The notes below the pieces were generated by a model. It made no database searches. It saw nothing but the letters and a program-made list of their open reading frames with translations, and was not told the origin of the DNA. Positions 20,776-32,363 of a DNA stretch of 64,000 nucleotides are shown piece after piece. Made by a program: the position numbers and the translations under genes. Origin of the DNA: an uncultured Acidobacteriaceae bacterium (GTDB lineage Bacteria > Acidobacteriota > Terriglobia > Terriglobales > Acidobacteriaceae); contig CAWGYS010000025.1 of NCBI GenBank assembly GCA_963826845.1, positions 1,606 through 65,605 of the forward strand, written 5' to 3'. How positions within the stretch are numbered: position 1 is the stretch's first letter; each line of letters opens with the position of its first letter.

Positions 20776-20838
20776 GACCTAAGACCTAAGACCTAACACC
20801 GTGAACACCTAACACCTGATACCTGATACCTGAACCGT
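20729..20838. repeat. Heptad repeat locus, TAAGACC/TAACACC family: ~30-bp imperfect hairpin plus downstream array reaching the next start codon
   Basis: The left arm is ggtctta ggtgtta ggtctca ggtctta gg (20730..20759). The loop is aaaatcaaatt. The right arm is cc taagacc taagacc taagacc taacacc (20771..20800). It is followed by gtgaacacc taacacc tgatacc tgatacc tgaacc, and then GTG 20837 of the LeuA-family gene. Confidence 0.9.
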
Positions 20839-22075
20839 GAACATTTCTGAACTTATCTACGACTGGAATCTGCTGAACCCGCCGTCGCTGCATCCGCCAG
20901 GGCCGGTGCGCCTGACGGATGAAACGCTGCGCGACGGGTTGCAATCGCCTTCCGTCCGCGATCCTTCGATCGAGCAGAAGATCGAAATTCTCCACTTGAT
21001 GGAGGCGCTCGGGATCAACACGCTCGACCTCGGACTTCCCGGAGCCGGCCCGCGCGCGGTCGAGCACGTCACCGCGCTGGCGCGCGAAATCGTCTCCCAC
21101 AAAATGAAGATCACGGCGTACTGCGCCGCGCGTACGCACGAGAACGATATTCGCCCCATCGCTGAGATCGTCCAGAAAACCGGACTGCCCATCGAGGCTG
21201 CGCAGCTTTTATCGGATCGAGCCCTATCCGCCGCTACACCGAGAGCTGGGACGGCGACTTCCTGCTTCAAACCACCGAAAAGGCCGTCAAATATGCGGTC
21301 TCGCTCGGCCTCGACGTCATGTACGTCACCGAAGACACGACGCGCTGCGATCCGGCGACGGTCAAGCAGCTAAACTCGGCGGCCATCAACTGCGGAGCCC
21401 GCGCCCTGGTCGCTCTGCGACACCGCTGGACACGCCACGCCTGAGGGCGCGGGTGCGCTGGTCAAGTTTGTTCTCGAAGAAGTGGTCAAACCTTCCGGCG
21501 AGAAAATTCGCGTCGAGTGGCACGGCCACTGCGACCGCGGATTGGCGATCGCCAATTCGATGGCAGCTTTGGTGGCGGGAGCGGATTGCGTTCACGCGAC
21601 AGCGCTCGGCATCGGCGAGCGCGTCGGCAACACGCAGATGGATCAGATGCTGGTCAACCTCAAGCTCATGGGCATCGCGCCGTGGGATCGGCAGGACCTG
21701 ACCAAACTCAAGCAATACTGCGAGGCGGTTTCCGTTGCGACCGGCGTTCCGATTCCGGCGAACTATCCCGTGGTTGGAGAGGACGCATTCCGCACCGCGA
21801 CCGGCGTTCACGCCGCTGCCGTGATCAAAGCGTACAAGAAAAAAGATATTGAACTCGCGAACGCCGTGTATTCCGGAGTGCCGTCGCACTACTTCGGACT
21901 GGAACAGATCATCGACATCGGCCCGATGAGCGGGAAATCGAATGTTCTTTTCTGGCTGGAGCGGCGCGGCTTCCCGGTGAACGACGAGGTGGTCGAGCGC
22001 ATCTACAAGTGCGCCAAGGCTAGCGATCACACGCTTAGCGAGGCGGAGATTATGGAGTGCGTGCAGGGGGCGTGA
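20837..22075 (+). CDS. 2-isopropylmalate/homocitrate synthase family (HMGL-like aldolase, short form); two frame breaks as assembled
   Basis: It has a GTG start. Motifs include VRLTDETLRDGLQSPSV and, after breaks near 21200 and 21412, DVMYVTEDTTR...CDTAGHATPEGA...VEWHGHCDRGLAIANSMAALVAGADCVHATALGIGERVGNTQMDQ...FRTATGVHAAAVIK. At about 412 aa it lacks the long LeuA regulatory domain. Confidence 0.8.
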
Positions 22076-22134
22076 GTGCTGTGGGGATTCTTCACCAATT
22101 GTCGTCCCGATTGCTGGACAATGGGCAGTGAATC

Positions 22135-22866
22135 ATGCGGGTAACCATCTTTACGATCTTTGCAGTAGTCATCACCACCGCGGCAGCGGGTGGACAACAA
22201 TGTCCTCAAACCAGCACGACAGGGCCCAGTAGAGCCTCGGAAGTCCAGAAGTTGGAAGGCTCGCTCGTCTTTCACGATGCCATCCGAAAGTGGTACGAGT
22301 TGAAGCTGGACACACCGCAATGTGGGCAAGCTTCGATTGAACTGGTACGGACTACTCTCGACGATTGGAGACCTCTGGAGGTCCTGAGAGGCTGCCGTGT
22401 CAGGTCGAGCGGCACCATCGGTTTCTCCACTACCGGATACTACTCGCTGGAGATGTACCAGGACGTGGTAGAGATCGAGTCGGTCGGCGTGTGCGAAGAG
22501 CAGTTGCCGTTCCCTGATTACGCAGACGCAAAACCCGACGAATCGATTCGCCAGTATCGGGTCGACATGCATGTTAACTATGGGCCTGAAGACCATCCGA
22601 TCGTCTTTCGTGTGTCAAGCGGAGGTAAGGAATTGCGGCCGTGGCAGGCTTACGCGAGTTACACGCTAACGGGAGGTTTTGTTCTTTACGGGCAATGCGG
22701 CGAGGGCTTTGTCGTGGATAAGGTCTTTGGAACTTCACAGGCGAAGCCGTCGCACTTGGAGGAGCCGCGAACGCCGGATGACATGGCGGTGTTTGATCCT
22801 GAGAGTGCGGCCGCGTCCGGTATAAAGAACCTGCATCTCGGATACACGTGCGTGCGCATGCCGTAA
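22135..22866 (+). CDS. Hypothetical secreted protein
   Basis: Intact 243 aa. The N-terminus is hydrophobic (MRVTIFTIFAVVITTAAAGGQQ). Paired Cys are present. I recognise no family motif. Confidence 0.55.
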   Translation: MRVTIFTIFAVVITTAAAGGQQCPQTSTTGPSRASEVQKLEGSLVFHDAIRKWYELKLDTPQCGQASIELVRTTLDDWRPLEVLRGCRVRSSGTIGFSTTGYYSLEMYQDVVEIESVGVCEEQLPFPDYADAKPDESIRQYRVDMHVNYGPEDHPIVFRVSSGGKELRPWQAYASYTLTGGFVLYGQCGEGFVVDKVFGTSQAKPSHLEEPRTPDDMAVFDPESAAASGIKNLHLGYTCVRMP

Positions 22867-22937
22867 CTGCTGCAATCAGATGATAGTGCTGGTGAGCGGG
22901 ATCGGCTAGACGGAGTCTCCTCCGCTTACGGCGACCC

Positions 22938-24139
22938 TCATTGCGGTTCCCGCGCCAGTTCGGGACTGGCGACTGGCTCTCCCTCTAACTCCTTGTGCCG
23001 GGCGGCACGCTGCTCATTCAGCATCTTCGTCGCCACCGCCAGTTCCTCCCGGCCTTCTTTCTCGCGCCCCATGTGCAGCAGAACTTGTCCGCGAAGATAG
23101 CGGGCGCTGGCGTTGTCTTTTTCGAGGCGAATGATTTCGTTCAGTTGTGCCAGCGCCGCGGGATACTCTTTCTTTTGTTCTTCGATCTTGGCCAGCCCCA
23201 TGCGCGATTCCACCAGTTGTGGATCGAGCTTCACCGCGCGGCCAAAATCCTTCGCTGCTTCTGCTTCGTTTTGCAGCGTGGCTTCCACTTTCCCCAACTG
23301 CTCGTAGGTGAAAGCGGCGTCGGGCTCCTGTGCGAGGTCTTTCTGAAATTCCGCGCGAGCACGCTCATAGTCCTGCTTGCGGACGTAAGTCATGCCTAAG
23401 TAATAGTGCACCAGCGGAAGCTTCGGATCGGCTTGGGCCGCCGCTTCCAGTTCGCGCACGGCGTCGTCGTACTCTCCGCGATTCAAATGTGACTTGCCGA
23501 TGATCATGCGAAATTCCGGCGCGCCCTGCCCGATCTCAGCCATACGCGCGTAAGCTTTCTCTTCGAGTGCCGTGTTTTTCGAAAGCTCGGCAGCCCGACC
23601 CAGCACATACAGATAGTTGAGCTGGTCTGCGGCCGATACCTGCTCCCACAGCGGTTCCAGCGTGGCGACCGTGTCTGCCCAGCGGCTATCAAAAAAATAG
23701 CAAAAGCCAAGAAGGTATCTCGCTTGGTAAGAGCCCGGCGTCTGCCGCACCACCGACTCGAAGGGTTCGATCGCCGCCCGGAAGTTTTTCTGGCGGTAGT
23801 AAACCAGGCCGATGTTCAGCCGGATTCCCGCCACGTCCGGCGCAAGTTTTTCGGCCTGGTGCAGCATGGCCAGAGCCTTGCGGCCACTGCTTGCGACGCA
23901 TATCGATCACGCCGAGATTGGCGTATGCTCCAGCCACACCGGGGTTGATCGCAATCACCTGGCGGAACGCGCGCTCGGCTTCATCCAGCTTGCCCGCGTG
24001 CAGGGCGGCTTCTCCGGCTTCGAAATATCTCCTGCGGATCGTGCGCCGCCGCTGCGCTGCTTTGTGCGCCCGCCGCATTGCAAACGAAAATTAATAACAG
24101 GACAGCCAGGAGCAGGCGGAAACTTGACACTCGATTCAT
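22938..24139 (-). CDS. Secreted TPR-repeat protein; two frame breaks as assembled
   Basis: The 309-aa fragment is built of TPR-like units (AIEPFESVV..., YYLGMTYVRKQDYERARAEFQKDL, AAKDFGRAVKLDPQ...). Upstream fragment 23689..24078 adds GKLDEAERAFRQVIAINPGVAGAYANLGVI. The signal peptide MNRVSSFRLLLAVLLLIFVCNAAGAQ from ATG 24139 is in a third frame. Breaks lie near 23885 and 24070. Confidence 0.75.
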
Positions 24140-24198
24140 CGTCCTGTAGTGTCCGCCAGCAAGAGGGCTGAATTCAAGGATGTCATTTCAAGGAGTTC

Positions 24199-25349
24199 AT
24201 GGAATCTTCTGATTCGAAGCCTACGCGAAAAGCCTGCGGCGGCGAAATCCCGCCGGGCGTCAACCTCCGAGTCCTCGCGCAAGCGGTCGCAGGGGGGGGC
24301 GGTCACCATCCGCGATGTCGCCGAGCGCAGCGGATTTTCTTCGGCCACGGTTTCGATCGTCCTGAACAACGCGCCCCTGGCACGCTACATTCCTGACAGC
24401 ACCAAAGGACGCATCCAGCGCGCAGCTACGCGACTCGGGTACCGTCCCAATCTGTTTGCGCGCTCGCTGCGGGGCCGGCGCAGCCATACCGTCGGCGTCA
24501 TGGTCTTCGACATGACCGACCCTTACTGCACGCTGGTGTTGCGCGGCATCGAGAACACTCTTTACCAGTCGTCGTTTCTCCCTATTCTCACCGACTGCCA
24601 TAACGAGCGCAGCCGTTTCGAGCGCTATCTCGAAATGCTGCTGGACCGCCGCATCGAGGGACTCGTCGTTCTGGCCAACTGGCTGTTCGTTGACATCAAC
24701 GTGCTCGCCGATCTCGAGAAGAACAACATTCCGACTGCGATTGTGGGACGCGAATTGAAAAATGACAGTATCAGCTCCGTGATCGTCGACAATTATTTAG
24801 GCGCCCGCGCCGCTCTCGAACACCTGTATTCGCTCGGTCATCGCAAGATCGCCTTTATCCGCGGCCCGCGCCAACTGTCGGACACTGAACCTCGCTGGCG
24901 CGGCGTCCGGACGCTGGCCCGCGAGCACGGCCTCGAACTCGACTCGCGGCTGATCGTCGATCTGCCGGAATCCAGCGATCCGTTTTCAAGTTTTGAGCAA
25001 GGGTACAAGTTAACTGAAGAATTGCTGCACCGCCGTCGTCCCTTCACCGCGCTGATGGCGTTTGACGACATGACGGCATTCGGAGCGATTCGAGCGCTTG
25101 CGAAAGCAGGGATGCGCGTTCCCGAGCACTGCTCGGTCGTGGGCTTTGACGATGTCGCGCCCGCCGCCATCTATTCTCCTGCGCTGACTACTGTGCGCCA
25201 GCCCATGGAAGTTATGGGAACGGCCGCGGCCACGATTGTGCTCGAGGCGATCAGTGCCGGCGGACCTCGAAAAGAAACCCGTCCGCACCACTCACCGCCG
25301 AATCGTTCCCGAGCTCATCGTGCGCGATTCCACCCGCAGCGTAAAGTAG
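24199..25349 (+). CDS. LacI-family transcriptional regulator; frame breaks at a G8 tract and near the 3' end
   Basis: The HTH is VTIRDVAERSGFSSATVSIVLNN...GRIQRAATRLGYRPN. The sugar-binding core includes IAFIRGP and GFDD. ATG 24199 has a strong AAGGAG SD but is out of frame. Shortening the G8 run (24292..24299) to G7 joins it to ...AGGAVTIRDV. The C-terminal PELIVRDSTRSVK stop at 25349 is reached after a second break near 25280. Confidence 0.85.
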
Positions 25350-25499
25350 CGCCTGCGAGGCAGATGCGTGATTTTCTCTTGACAGATAGGAACACCTGAA
25401 GCAGTATTGATACGTTTTAATAAAGGCGTTTAGCGCTTTTGGGGTGAACGCCGAGGGGCCGTGAAAATGCACCGTGTCGAATCGGCGAGGGAGTCAGCT

Positions 25500-28400
25500 A
25501 TGAAAATCCGTCTGGTTTGTGGAATTGTGGTGCTGCTTGGAGTGTTGCCGGCAGCCATCCTGCATGCCCAGGACACAGCCTCGTTAACGGGCGCAGTTCG
25601 CGACACCACGGTGCGGCTGTGGCGGACGCCCAGGTCGTGGTCACGAATTCGGAGCACGGCATCAATCGGACTACCGTCACAAATTCTGATGGCGAATACG
25701 TCGTCCCGGCGCTCCCTGCTCCTAGCTCGTACAACGTCACGGTCACGGCAGAAGGCTTCAAGAAGTTCGAGGCCAAAGGCGTGGTCCTCGTGTTGCCCAG
25801 AAATCTCGTGTCGACGTGACCCTCCAGGTCGGCGCTTCCAATACCTTGGTGACCGTCGAGGGCACAACCGTGGCCCAGGTCGAAACCGAGTCATCCGATT
25901 TAAGCAATACGGTTACCGGGAAGGAGATCACTCAACTCGAACTGAACGGACGCGACTTCACTTCGCTGGTTGCGCTCTCCCCGGGCGTTACCAATCAATC
26001 CGGCTCAGACGAAGGCGGCGAAGGTGCGACGACGGTGGCCTTCAGCATCAACGGTGGCCGCACTGAATACAACAACTTCGAAATCGATGGCGGCGACATG
26101 ATGGATAACGGCAGCAACACCACGCTCAACGTCTATCCCAGCATCGATGCCATCGCGGAATTCAAGGTACTGACCTCCAACTACGGCGCGCAATATGGCA
26201 AGAACGGCTCAGGCACAGTTGAGATCGAACTCAAGCCTGGCACCAATCAATTCCACGGCGACTTGTACGAGTTTGTGCGCAACGACGATTTCAACGCCAC
26301 CCAATTCCCCGCTACCTCAGTTCCCGCATACAAGAAGAACGATTTCGGCTTTACTATCGGCGGTCCGGTCTACATTCCTAACCACTACAACACCAATAAG
26401 CAGAAGACGTTCTTCTTTTATTCCGAAGAATGGCGCCGCGACCTGATCCCCGCGTCGGGCTTCTTTTCTCAGACCATCGTTCCCACAATGGCCGACCGCA
26501 CCGGCGACTTCAGCGACCAATGCGCTGCCGGTCTGGAATGCCCGGTCGTTCCCGCGTTTATCAATGGTGTCCCCAGCACAAGGCAAAAGGCCGGGGGCGA
26601 GGCCGCCGTTCGTGAATATCAAGTGCCCATTGAGAACTCCGGCATCGCAAGCGCGCTCACCGCGTTGATTCCCGCGCCCAACGAATCAGAAATATCCGCA
26701 GCACGCTCGAGGACCAATGGGACGCGCAACCCACGCTTCCCACCAGCGCCAGGAATTATTCAGGATCGACCACAACATCACCGACAAAATTCGCGCCACC
26801 TTCCACTACATTCATGACTCCTGGGACCAGCATATCCAGTCCCTCTGTGGACCAACGGCACCACGTTCCCCACCATTCAGACGGGTCTCAAGAATCCGGG
26901 AATCAGCCTGGTGGCGCGGCTCACGGCCAGCGTCTCGCCTTCGCTGCTCAATGAGTTCGTCGCCAGCTATACCACCGATCACATCTCGACGACTCTGATC
27001 GGACCCTGGCAGCGGGCAGCGCCTTTCCGCCTGGGTCTCTACGACAACGGTTATGGAGGCCCAAAGTTCCCGGCATTCTGGTACGATTCGCAATATCATT
27101 TGCGGAAGATCCCGGCTACGTTCCCAAAGGCCCGCTGAACTCCAATCCGACCGTCACCTTTCGCGATAACGTGACCAAAATCGTCGGCCGCCATAATCTG
27201 CAGTTTGGCATGTATTTCGTCGACGCCCACAAGAACGAAATCCCGCAGCCCCCTTATGGCGTAAATGGTCATTAGGCTTCTCTAACTCTGGCAATCTCGA
27301 TTCCACCGGCAACGCATATGCCGATCTTCTTCTGGGCAACACCGGGACCTACACTCAGGAGGAAAGCGCTCTCAAGATGCACAACAATACCACATCTATG
27401 AGCCTTACGTGCAGGATGACTGGCACGTCACGAAGAGCCTCACGCTCAACATAGGCATGCGTTTTAGCGCATTCGGCCGGTATAGCGAAAAGAATAACCT
27501 GGCGTGGAATTTCGACCCCGCCCATTACGTTGCCGGCGCAAGCGGCGTCGATCCGTCTACGGGCTTAGTGACCGGAACCATCGCCAACCCCCAATTCAAC
27601 GGGTGGGTGGACTGCGGCGTTACAGCCGGCGTACCGGCGGGCTGCATGACCAATCATTGGTTCAATCCTGCGCCGCGTATCGGTTTTGCATGGGATCCAC
27701 GCGGCGACGGCAAGATGGCCATTCGCGGCGGCTATGGAATTTTCTTCGAGCACACTAACGGCAACGAGGGCAATACGGAATCGCTTGAGCAGTACAACAT
27801 CAATACCCAGACTACCGGCGTCGGTCCGGTCTCCGGATACGGCAACATCAATTCCGGCTTGCTGGGCGGGGGCACGCCGCCCCTGACTTTCGTTTCGATT
27901 CCTAACAAAGCCATCTGGCCCTACGTGCAACAGTGGCACCTCGACATCCAACGAGATCTTGGGCGCCGAACGATAGCGATCTTGGCATACGTCGGGAGCG
28001 CCGGCGTGCACCTCACCCGATATTATGAATACAACCAGATTCAGCCCGTTGCCCCCAGTGTGAATCCTTATCATCCCGGACAGGCAATTACAGTCGATGA
28101 CTGTAACTCCGTTACCACATCCAACCACCGGACTAGCAACGGGCACTGCTAACTCCGATACTGGTAGCCCTGTCACGACTACTGGTAGCTGGGCCAACAA
28201 TCTGGCAGTCGCGTGTGGAGCTTCCATAAGCGCCGGTCCTACCGCCAATCTGTACCGCCCTTTTCTCGGCATCGGAGACATCGAGCGGAAGGACCAGACG
28301 GGATCTTCAAACTACAACGCTTTCCAGGCTTCGGTGCGGCACGAGATCGGCGGATTGCAACTGAATGCTTCCTACACCTGGAGTCATTCGATTGATGACT

Positions 28401-29161
28401 CTTCCGATTACAATGACACTGGATTTGTAAACTCCTACAATTTGAACGCCTATCGAGCCAACTCCGACTTTGACCAACGGCACATCATCAACATCGCTTA
28501 CGTCTACGACATACCGCTCCTCAAAGGCGGCAAGCTGACCGACAAGCTCCTTGGGGGCTGGCAATGGTCCGGTATCACCACCATCCAGAGCGGATCGCCG
28601 TTCAGTGTTTACAATTTGAGTAATTCTAATCCAAACTCGGGGGTTCTCGCGCCCGTAGACAATGCAGGGGTGGGCAACGACTTCGCAACTGGAGGTTCTT
28701 ACCCTGATTTGATCGGCAACCCCAAGACAGGTGTGCAAAACACTCCTCAAGGCGGCTTTGGGCCTGTTCTTTACAACGCCGCCGCGTTCGCGGCTCCTCA
28801 GGGGCTGACATTTGGTGATGCCGGGAGGAACATTTTGACCAATCCATGGCGGACAAATTTCGACATGGGCCTCCTCAAGCATTTTGCCGTTACTGAGAGC
28901 AAGTATTTCGAATTTCGCGCGGAGGCATTCAACATATTCAACCATACCGAATATTCCTGGCTGGGAGGCGACGCGGGATCTGCGGCTGACAATGCCAACG
29001 GCGCAAAAACCTCGGCAAACCAGATTACCTGCTATGGCGGGGCAAATAACTCCGCGGGTGATTCCAGTTGCGTTACGTCGGGTGCAACCACAGCTTTGCT
29101 TCGTGCCAACTCGGCGCACAACGCGCGCATCCTGCAGTTCGCGGCGAAGTTTATCTTCTAA
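25500..29161 (+). CDS. TonB-dependent outer-membrane receptor with CarboxypepD_reg-like N-domain; at least 9 frame breaks as assembled
   Basis: The signal peptide MKIRLVCGIVVLLGVLPAAILHAQ is followed by SLTGAVRDTT|GAAVADAQVVVTN...NSDGEYVVPALPA..YNVTVTAEGFKKF. The plug region reads GKEITQLELNGRDFTSL...TVAFSINGGR. Many barrel fragments follow, up to ...FEFRAEAFNIFNHTEY...NARILQFAAKFIF, ending in the aromatic residue typical of outer-membrane proteins. Confidence 0.85.
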
Positions 29162-29197
29162 CAGGACAGCGACCGGCAGGAACTAACCTGCGCGATC

Positions 29198-30403
29198 TTA
29201 ATCGGCTACCACGGCCTGTTTCCTCTCATGGGTCAGTACGGTCAGGCCTTTCTCCAGATCGGCGATCAAGTCCTCGACGTGTTCAACGCCGACGGACAGG
29301 CGGATCATCTGGTCGGTCACGCCCATCTTTTTCCGCAATTCCGGAGCGATCATGGCGTGCGAGGTCAGCACCGGGATGGTCACCAGCGAATCCACTCCGC
29401 CGAGACTGGGCGCCAGGGTAAATAGATTCAACGCCTCGGCCACGCGGCAGGCGTCGGCACCGCTGCCTTTCACCTCGAAGCTCAAAACGCCGCCCGCGCC
29501 CGCCATTTGCTTCTTCGCGATCGCGAAGTCCGGATGATCTTTCAGCATCGGATAGTGCACCCGCGCCACCTGTGGATGGCGGCTCAGGAACTCGGCAATC
29601 CGCAGTGCGCTTTCGTTTTGGCGCTCGACTCGGACAGCCAGCGTCTTGATGCCGCGCAGCAGCAAAAACGCGGCGTGCGGATCCATACAGCAGCCAAGCG
29701 TAGTGCGCGTCTGATGGATTTGCTCGATCAAATCGTGTCGTCCGACCGCGATGCCGCAGATCAGGTCGGCGTGTCCGCCAAAATATTTTGTGCCGGAATG
29801 CAGCACCAAATCGATGCCCCACTCTGCGGGACGGCAGTTGATGGGTGTGGCGAAAGTCGAGTCAATAGTTGAGATCAGACCGTGCTTGCGCGCCAGCGTC
29901 GCAATCTTCTCCAGATCAACGACCCGCACGTTTGGATTGGTTGGTGACTCGATGTGAAGGATCTTTGTATTAGGCCGGATCGCACGCTCGTGCTGCTCGA
30001 TGTCATTGGTGTCAACAAATGTCGTTTCAATCCCCAGTTTCGGCAGCCAGTGCGAAAGAAACTTGATCACGCCGCCATAAATATCGCGCTGCGCCACGAT
30101 GTGGTCGCCCGCCTTGACCAGCGAAAGAATCGAAGTCGTAATTGCGGCCATGCCCGAAGAGAACAGCAGCGCCGCATCCGTGCCTTCCAGTTCGGCGATG
30201 GAGCTTTCTGCGACGGTGTGCGTCGGATTGCCGTAACGCGTGTAGAAGCGGTCGGTGGGAGTGGCGCGGACCTGCTCCTGCATGTCTGTGACCTCGAACG
30301 TCGAGGTCTGATAAATCGGCGTGGAGAGCGGACCGTTCTTCTTGTGCAGGCTGGTGCCGCCGCGAACGGCTTCGGTTTCCTGACGGAATCGATGTTTCTT
30401 CAT
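29198..30403 (-). CDS. PLP-dependent trans-sulfuration enzyme (cystathionine gamma-synthase / beta-lyase / methionine gamma-lyase family)
   Basis: Intact 401 aa. Motifs include TEAVRGG...PIYQTSTF, YTRYGNPT, SGMAAI, and HSGTKYFGGHADL (the PLP lysine context). Confidence 0.85.
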   Translation of the reverse strand: MKKHRFRQETEAVRGGTSLHKKNGPLSTPIYQTSTFEVTDMQEQVRATPTDRFYTRYGNPTHTVAESSIAELEGTDAALLFSSGMAAITTSILSLVKAGDHIVAQRDIYGGVIKFLSHWLPKLGIETTFVDTNDIEQHERAIRPNTKILHIESPTNPNVRVVDLEKIATLARKHGLISTIDSTFATPINCRPAEWGIDLVLHSGTKYFGGHADLICGIAVGRHDLIEQIHQTRTTLGCCMDPHAAFLLLRGIKTLAVRVERQNESALRIAEFLSRHPQVARVHYPMLKDHPDFAIAKKQMAGAGGVLSFEVKGSGADACRVAEALNLFTLAPSLGGVDSLVTIPVLTSHAMIAPELRKKMGVTDQMIRLSVGVEHVEDLIADLEKGLTVLTHERKQAVVAD

Positions 30404-30506
30404 ACCATCCTCAACAACGCTGGAATCTATTAAGATTACCTGCGCCGTCCGGTCGCGGCAAGATGCGAGACTTGTCTGGCCCAGTGAAAATACTATATTT
30501 ATTGAG

Positions 30507-31005
30507 TTGCATTATGAAAAAGAAGAAGCAAGAAACGACCGCTCGAAAACCTCCCGCCCGAAAAACATCCGTGCCAAGAAAGCCACGAAAACTTCGCGCC
30601 CGGCGAACAGAGTCGCCCTCAAAGCCACGGTCCTGAAAGGCGCGCCTCCGAAAGCCGAATTGCGCCACATCCCGTGGAGTTCGGTTGAAGTCGAAGCCCT
30701 GAATCCCTTGCTGGGCCGGCACTTCGTTGTCGGGCAAAACGTGATGCTGGCTCGCGTCCTACTCAAAAAAGGATGCATTGTTCCTGAACACAGCCATCAC
30801 AACGAGCAGGTCACCTATGTTCTCGAAGGCGCGCTGAAGTTCTGGATCGACGGCAAAGAAATTGTGGTGAATTCGGGCGAGGTTCTGACCATTCCTCCCA
30901 ACATGCCACACTCGCGTCGAGGCACTCGCGGATACTGTCGATCTCGATATTTTTCACCCGCCTCGCGCCGACTGGATCAATAAAACTGACGCTTACTTGC
31001 GCTAG
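30507..31005 (+). CDS. Cupin-domain protein with Lys/Arg-rich N-terminal tail; one frame break; start uncertain
   Basis: The cupin core is LARVLLKKGCIVPEHSHHNEQVTYVLEGALKFWIDGKEIVVNSGEVLTIPPNMPHS. After a break near 30915 it continues VEALADTVDLDIFHPPRADW...stop at 31005. The track start is TTG 30507. ATG 30513 in another frame is an alternative start if a further indel exists. Confidence 0.6.
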
Positions 31006-31086
31006 AGCCATATCAGGAAATGTAAGATTGGGGCATAGGCGACGCCTATGCTAACATCTCCAGTCGGTAAGTTCAGGAGATACTTC

Positions 31087-32262
31087 ATGCGCCGCCTGGC
31101 TGCTTGTTTCGCTCCAACTCTTACTGCTTGGTTCTCTCTCATTTTCGCAAGAAGCAGCGGTCGTAACTCACCATGTTTCTGGAGCTGTTCCCGTCGATTC
31201 GCCTCGACACGAGCTATCCGCCGAACGTCCGCAGGCACAGCATCGGACGATTGCCCAGCCAAACGCACCGGTCTCGCGGCCCAGGGGAATACCTGGAAGT
31301 TATTAGCCACTTTGCCCGGAATTATTATTCACGACATTTCTTTCCCCACCGCCAAGATTGGTTATGCCGTGGGTGAACTGGGTCAGGTTTGGAAGACGAC
31401 CGACGGCGGAAATAGCTGGGTGCAACAGGTGCTAAGCGAGCGGGGAAGCGATTATTTCTATGGCGTCGACGCCGTCACTGCGAAGAAGGTCATTATCTCA
31501 GGCTTCTACGATTCCAGCACGGCCTACGGCGTTTTCCGCTGGACTGAAGATGGCGGTAATACGTGGAGCAGCGACATGAGTCCCGGTCCGGAGTGGTTGC
31601 AACAAGTCCGCTTCGTGAAGAAACAGAATGGAATCATGTTGACATTTGGGCCCCGCCGGCGGCGATCCTGATACGACTCGCCGAGTACACGACCGATGGT
31701 GGCGCAGGCCTTTCCGATTGGGACAGCGCTGATGCCAATCCCGATGGCGGCTGGTTCGCTCCGCAATTTTCTTTCCTCAATAACCTGCACGCTCGCGCGT
31801 CCGGGCATCAATTTCTGCACCAGCCTAACCGGCGGCTCTGCGTGGACCTGCGGCCCTTCGGTCGATTCCGTCTTCGATGGTCCCGTCTTCTTCCTGAACG
31901 ATAAAAAAGGTTGGGTTGGCGGCGGTGAGATTTCTCCGAACGTTGAGGGCTGGATGCACGTGACCACCAACGGCGGCGAGACCTGGAGCGGCCGCACTCT
32001 GGACGGGCCGTGGCCGATCCGCTCGGTCTTATTCCTGACCAGCAAGATCGGCTGGGCTGGCGGCGGCAATGTTTATACCGACGTGGGTGGCATGTATTTT
32101 TCCACTGATGGCGGCAATACGTGGTCGGTCGATGTCACCACCAACTCTGAGATGGGTTCGTGCGCCGAACATTCGATCGGCGGAGGCCATCACCAGATCT
32201 GGTGCGCCGGCTTCAGCTATAACGGAAATTTTTCCAGCGTCATATACAGCACGCAGTATTAG
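31087..32262 (+). CDS. Secreted BNR/Asp-box beta-propeller protein (Ycf48/sialidase-like fold); at least 2 frame breaks as assembled
   Basis: An AGGAGA SD precedes ATG 31087. Repeated Asp-box motifs are TTDGGNSW, TEDGGNTW, TTDGGAG, TTNGGETW and STDGGNTW. Fragments 31048..31671 and 31696..32262 need stitching near 31650-31700. The N-terminal ~60 aa are frame-ambiguous. Confidence 0.65.
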
Positions 32263-32363
32263 GTGGGCCTGTGTGGCGCGGACACCCTCGTCCGCGTGGC
32301 AGCGCCTGAAAACTCAAGGGCAATGTCGGATTTAGCGGGTTGGCCATACGAGAGTGCCGTATC

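Noticed and set aside
25378-25420. TTGACA-containing stretch and ACGT-centred sequence between lacI and the TonB-dependent receptor, considered as a promoter and LacI operator.
   Set aside because: The -10 candidates match the consensus at only 3 of 6 positions. The tgatacgtttta segment is not palindromic as LacI-family operators are.
30440-30506. SAM-riboswitch-like fragment (gagacttgtctggcccagtgaa) near the trans-sulfuration gene.
   Set aside because: Only a short resemblance to the GGGACUGGCCC core is present. It is on the strand opposite to the met gene, and the rest of the conserved helices are absent.
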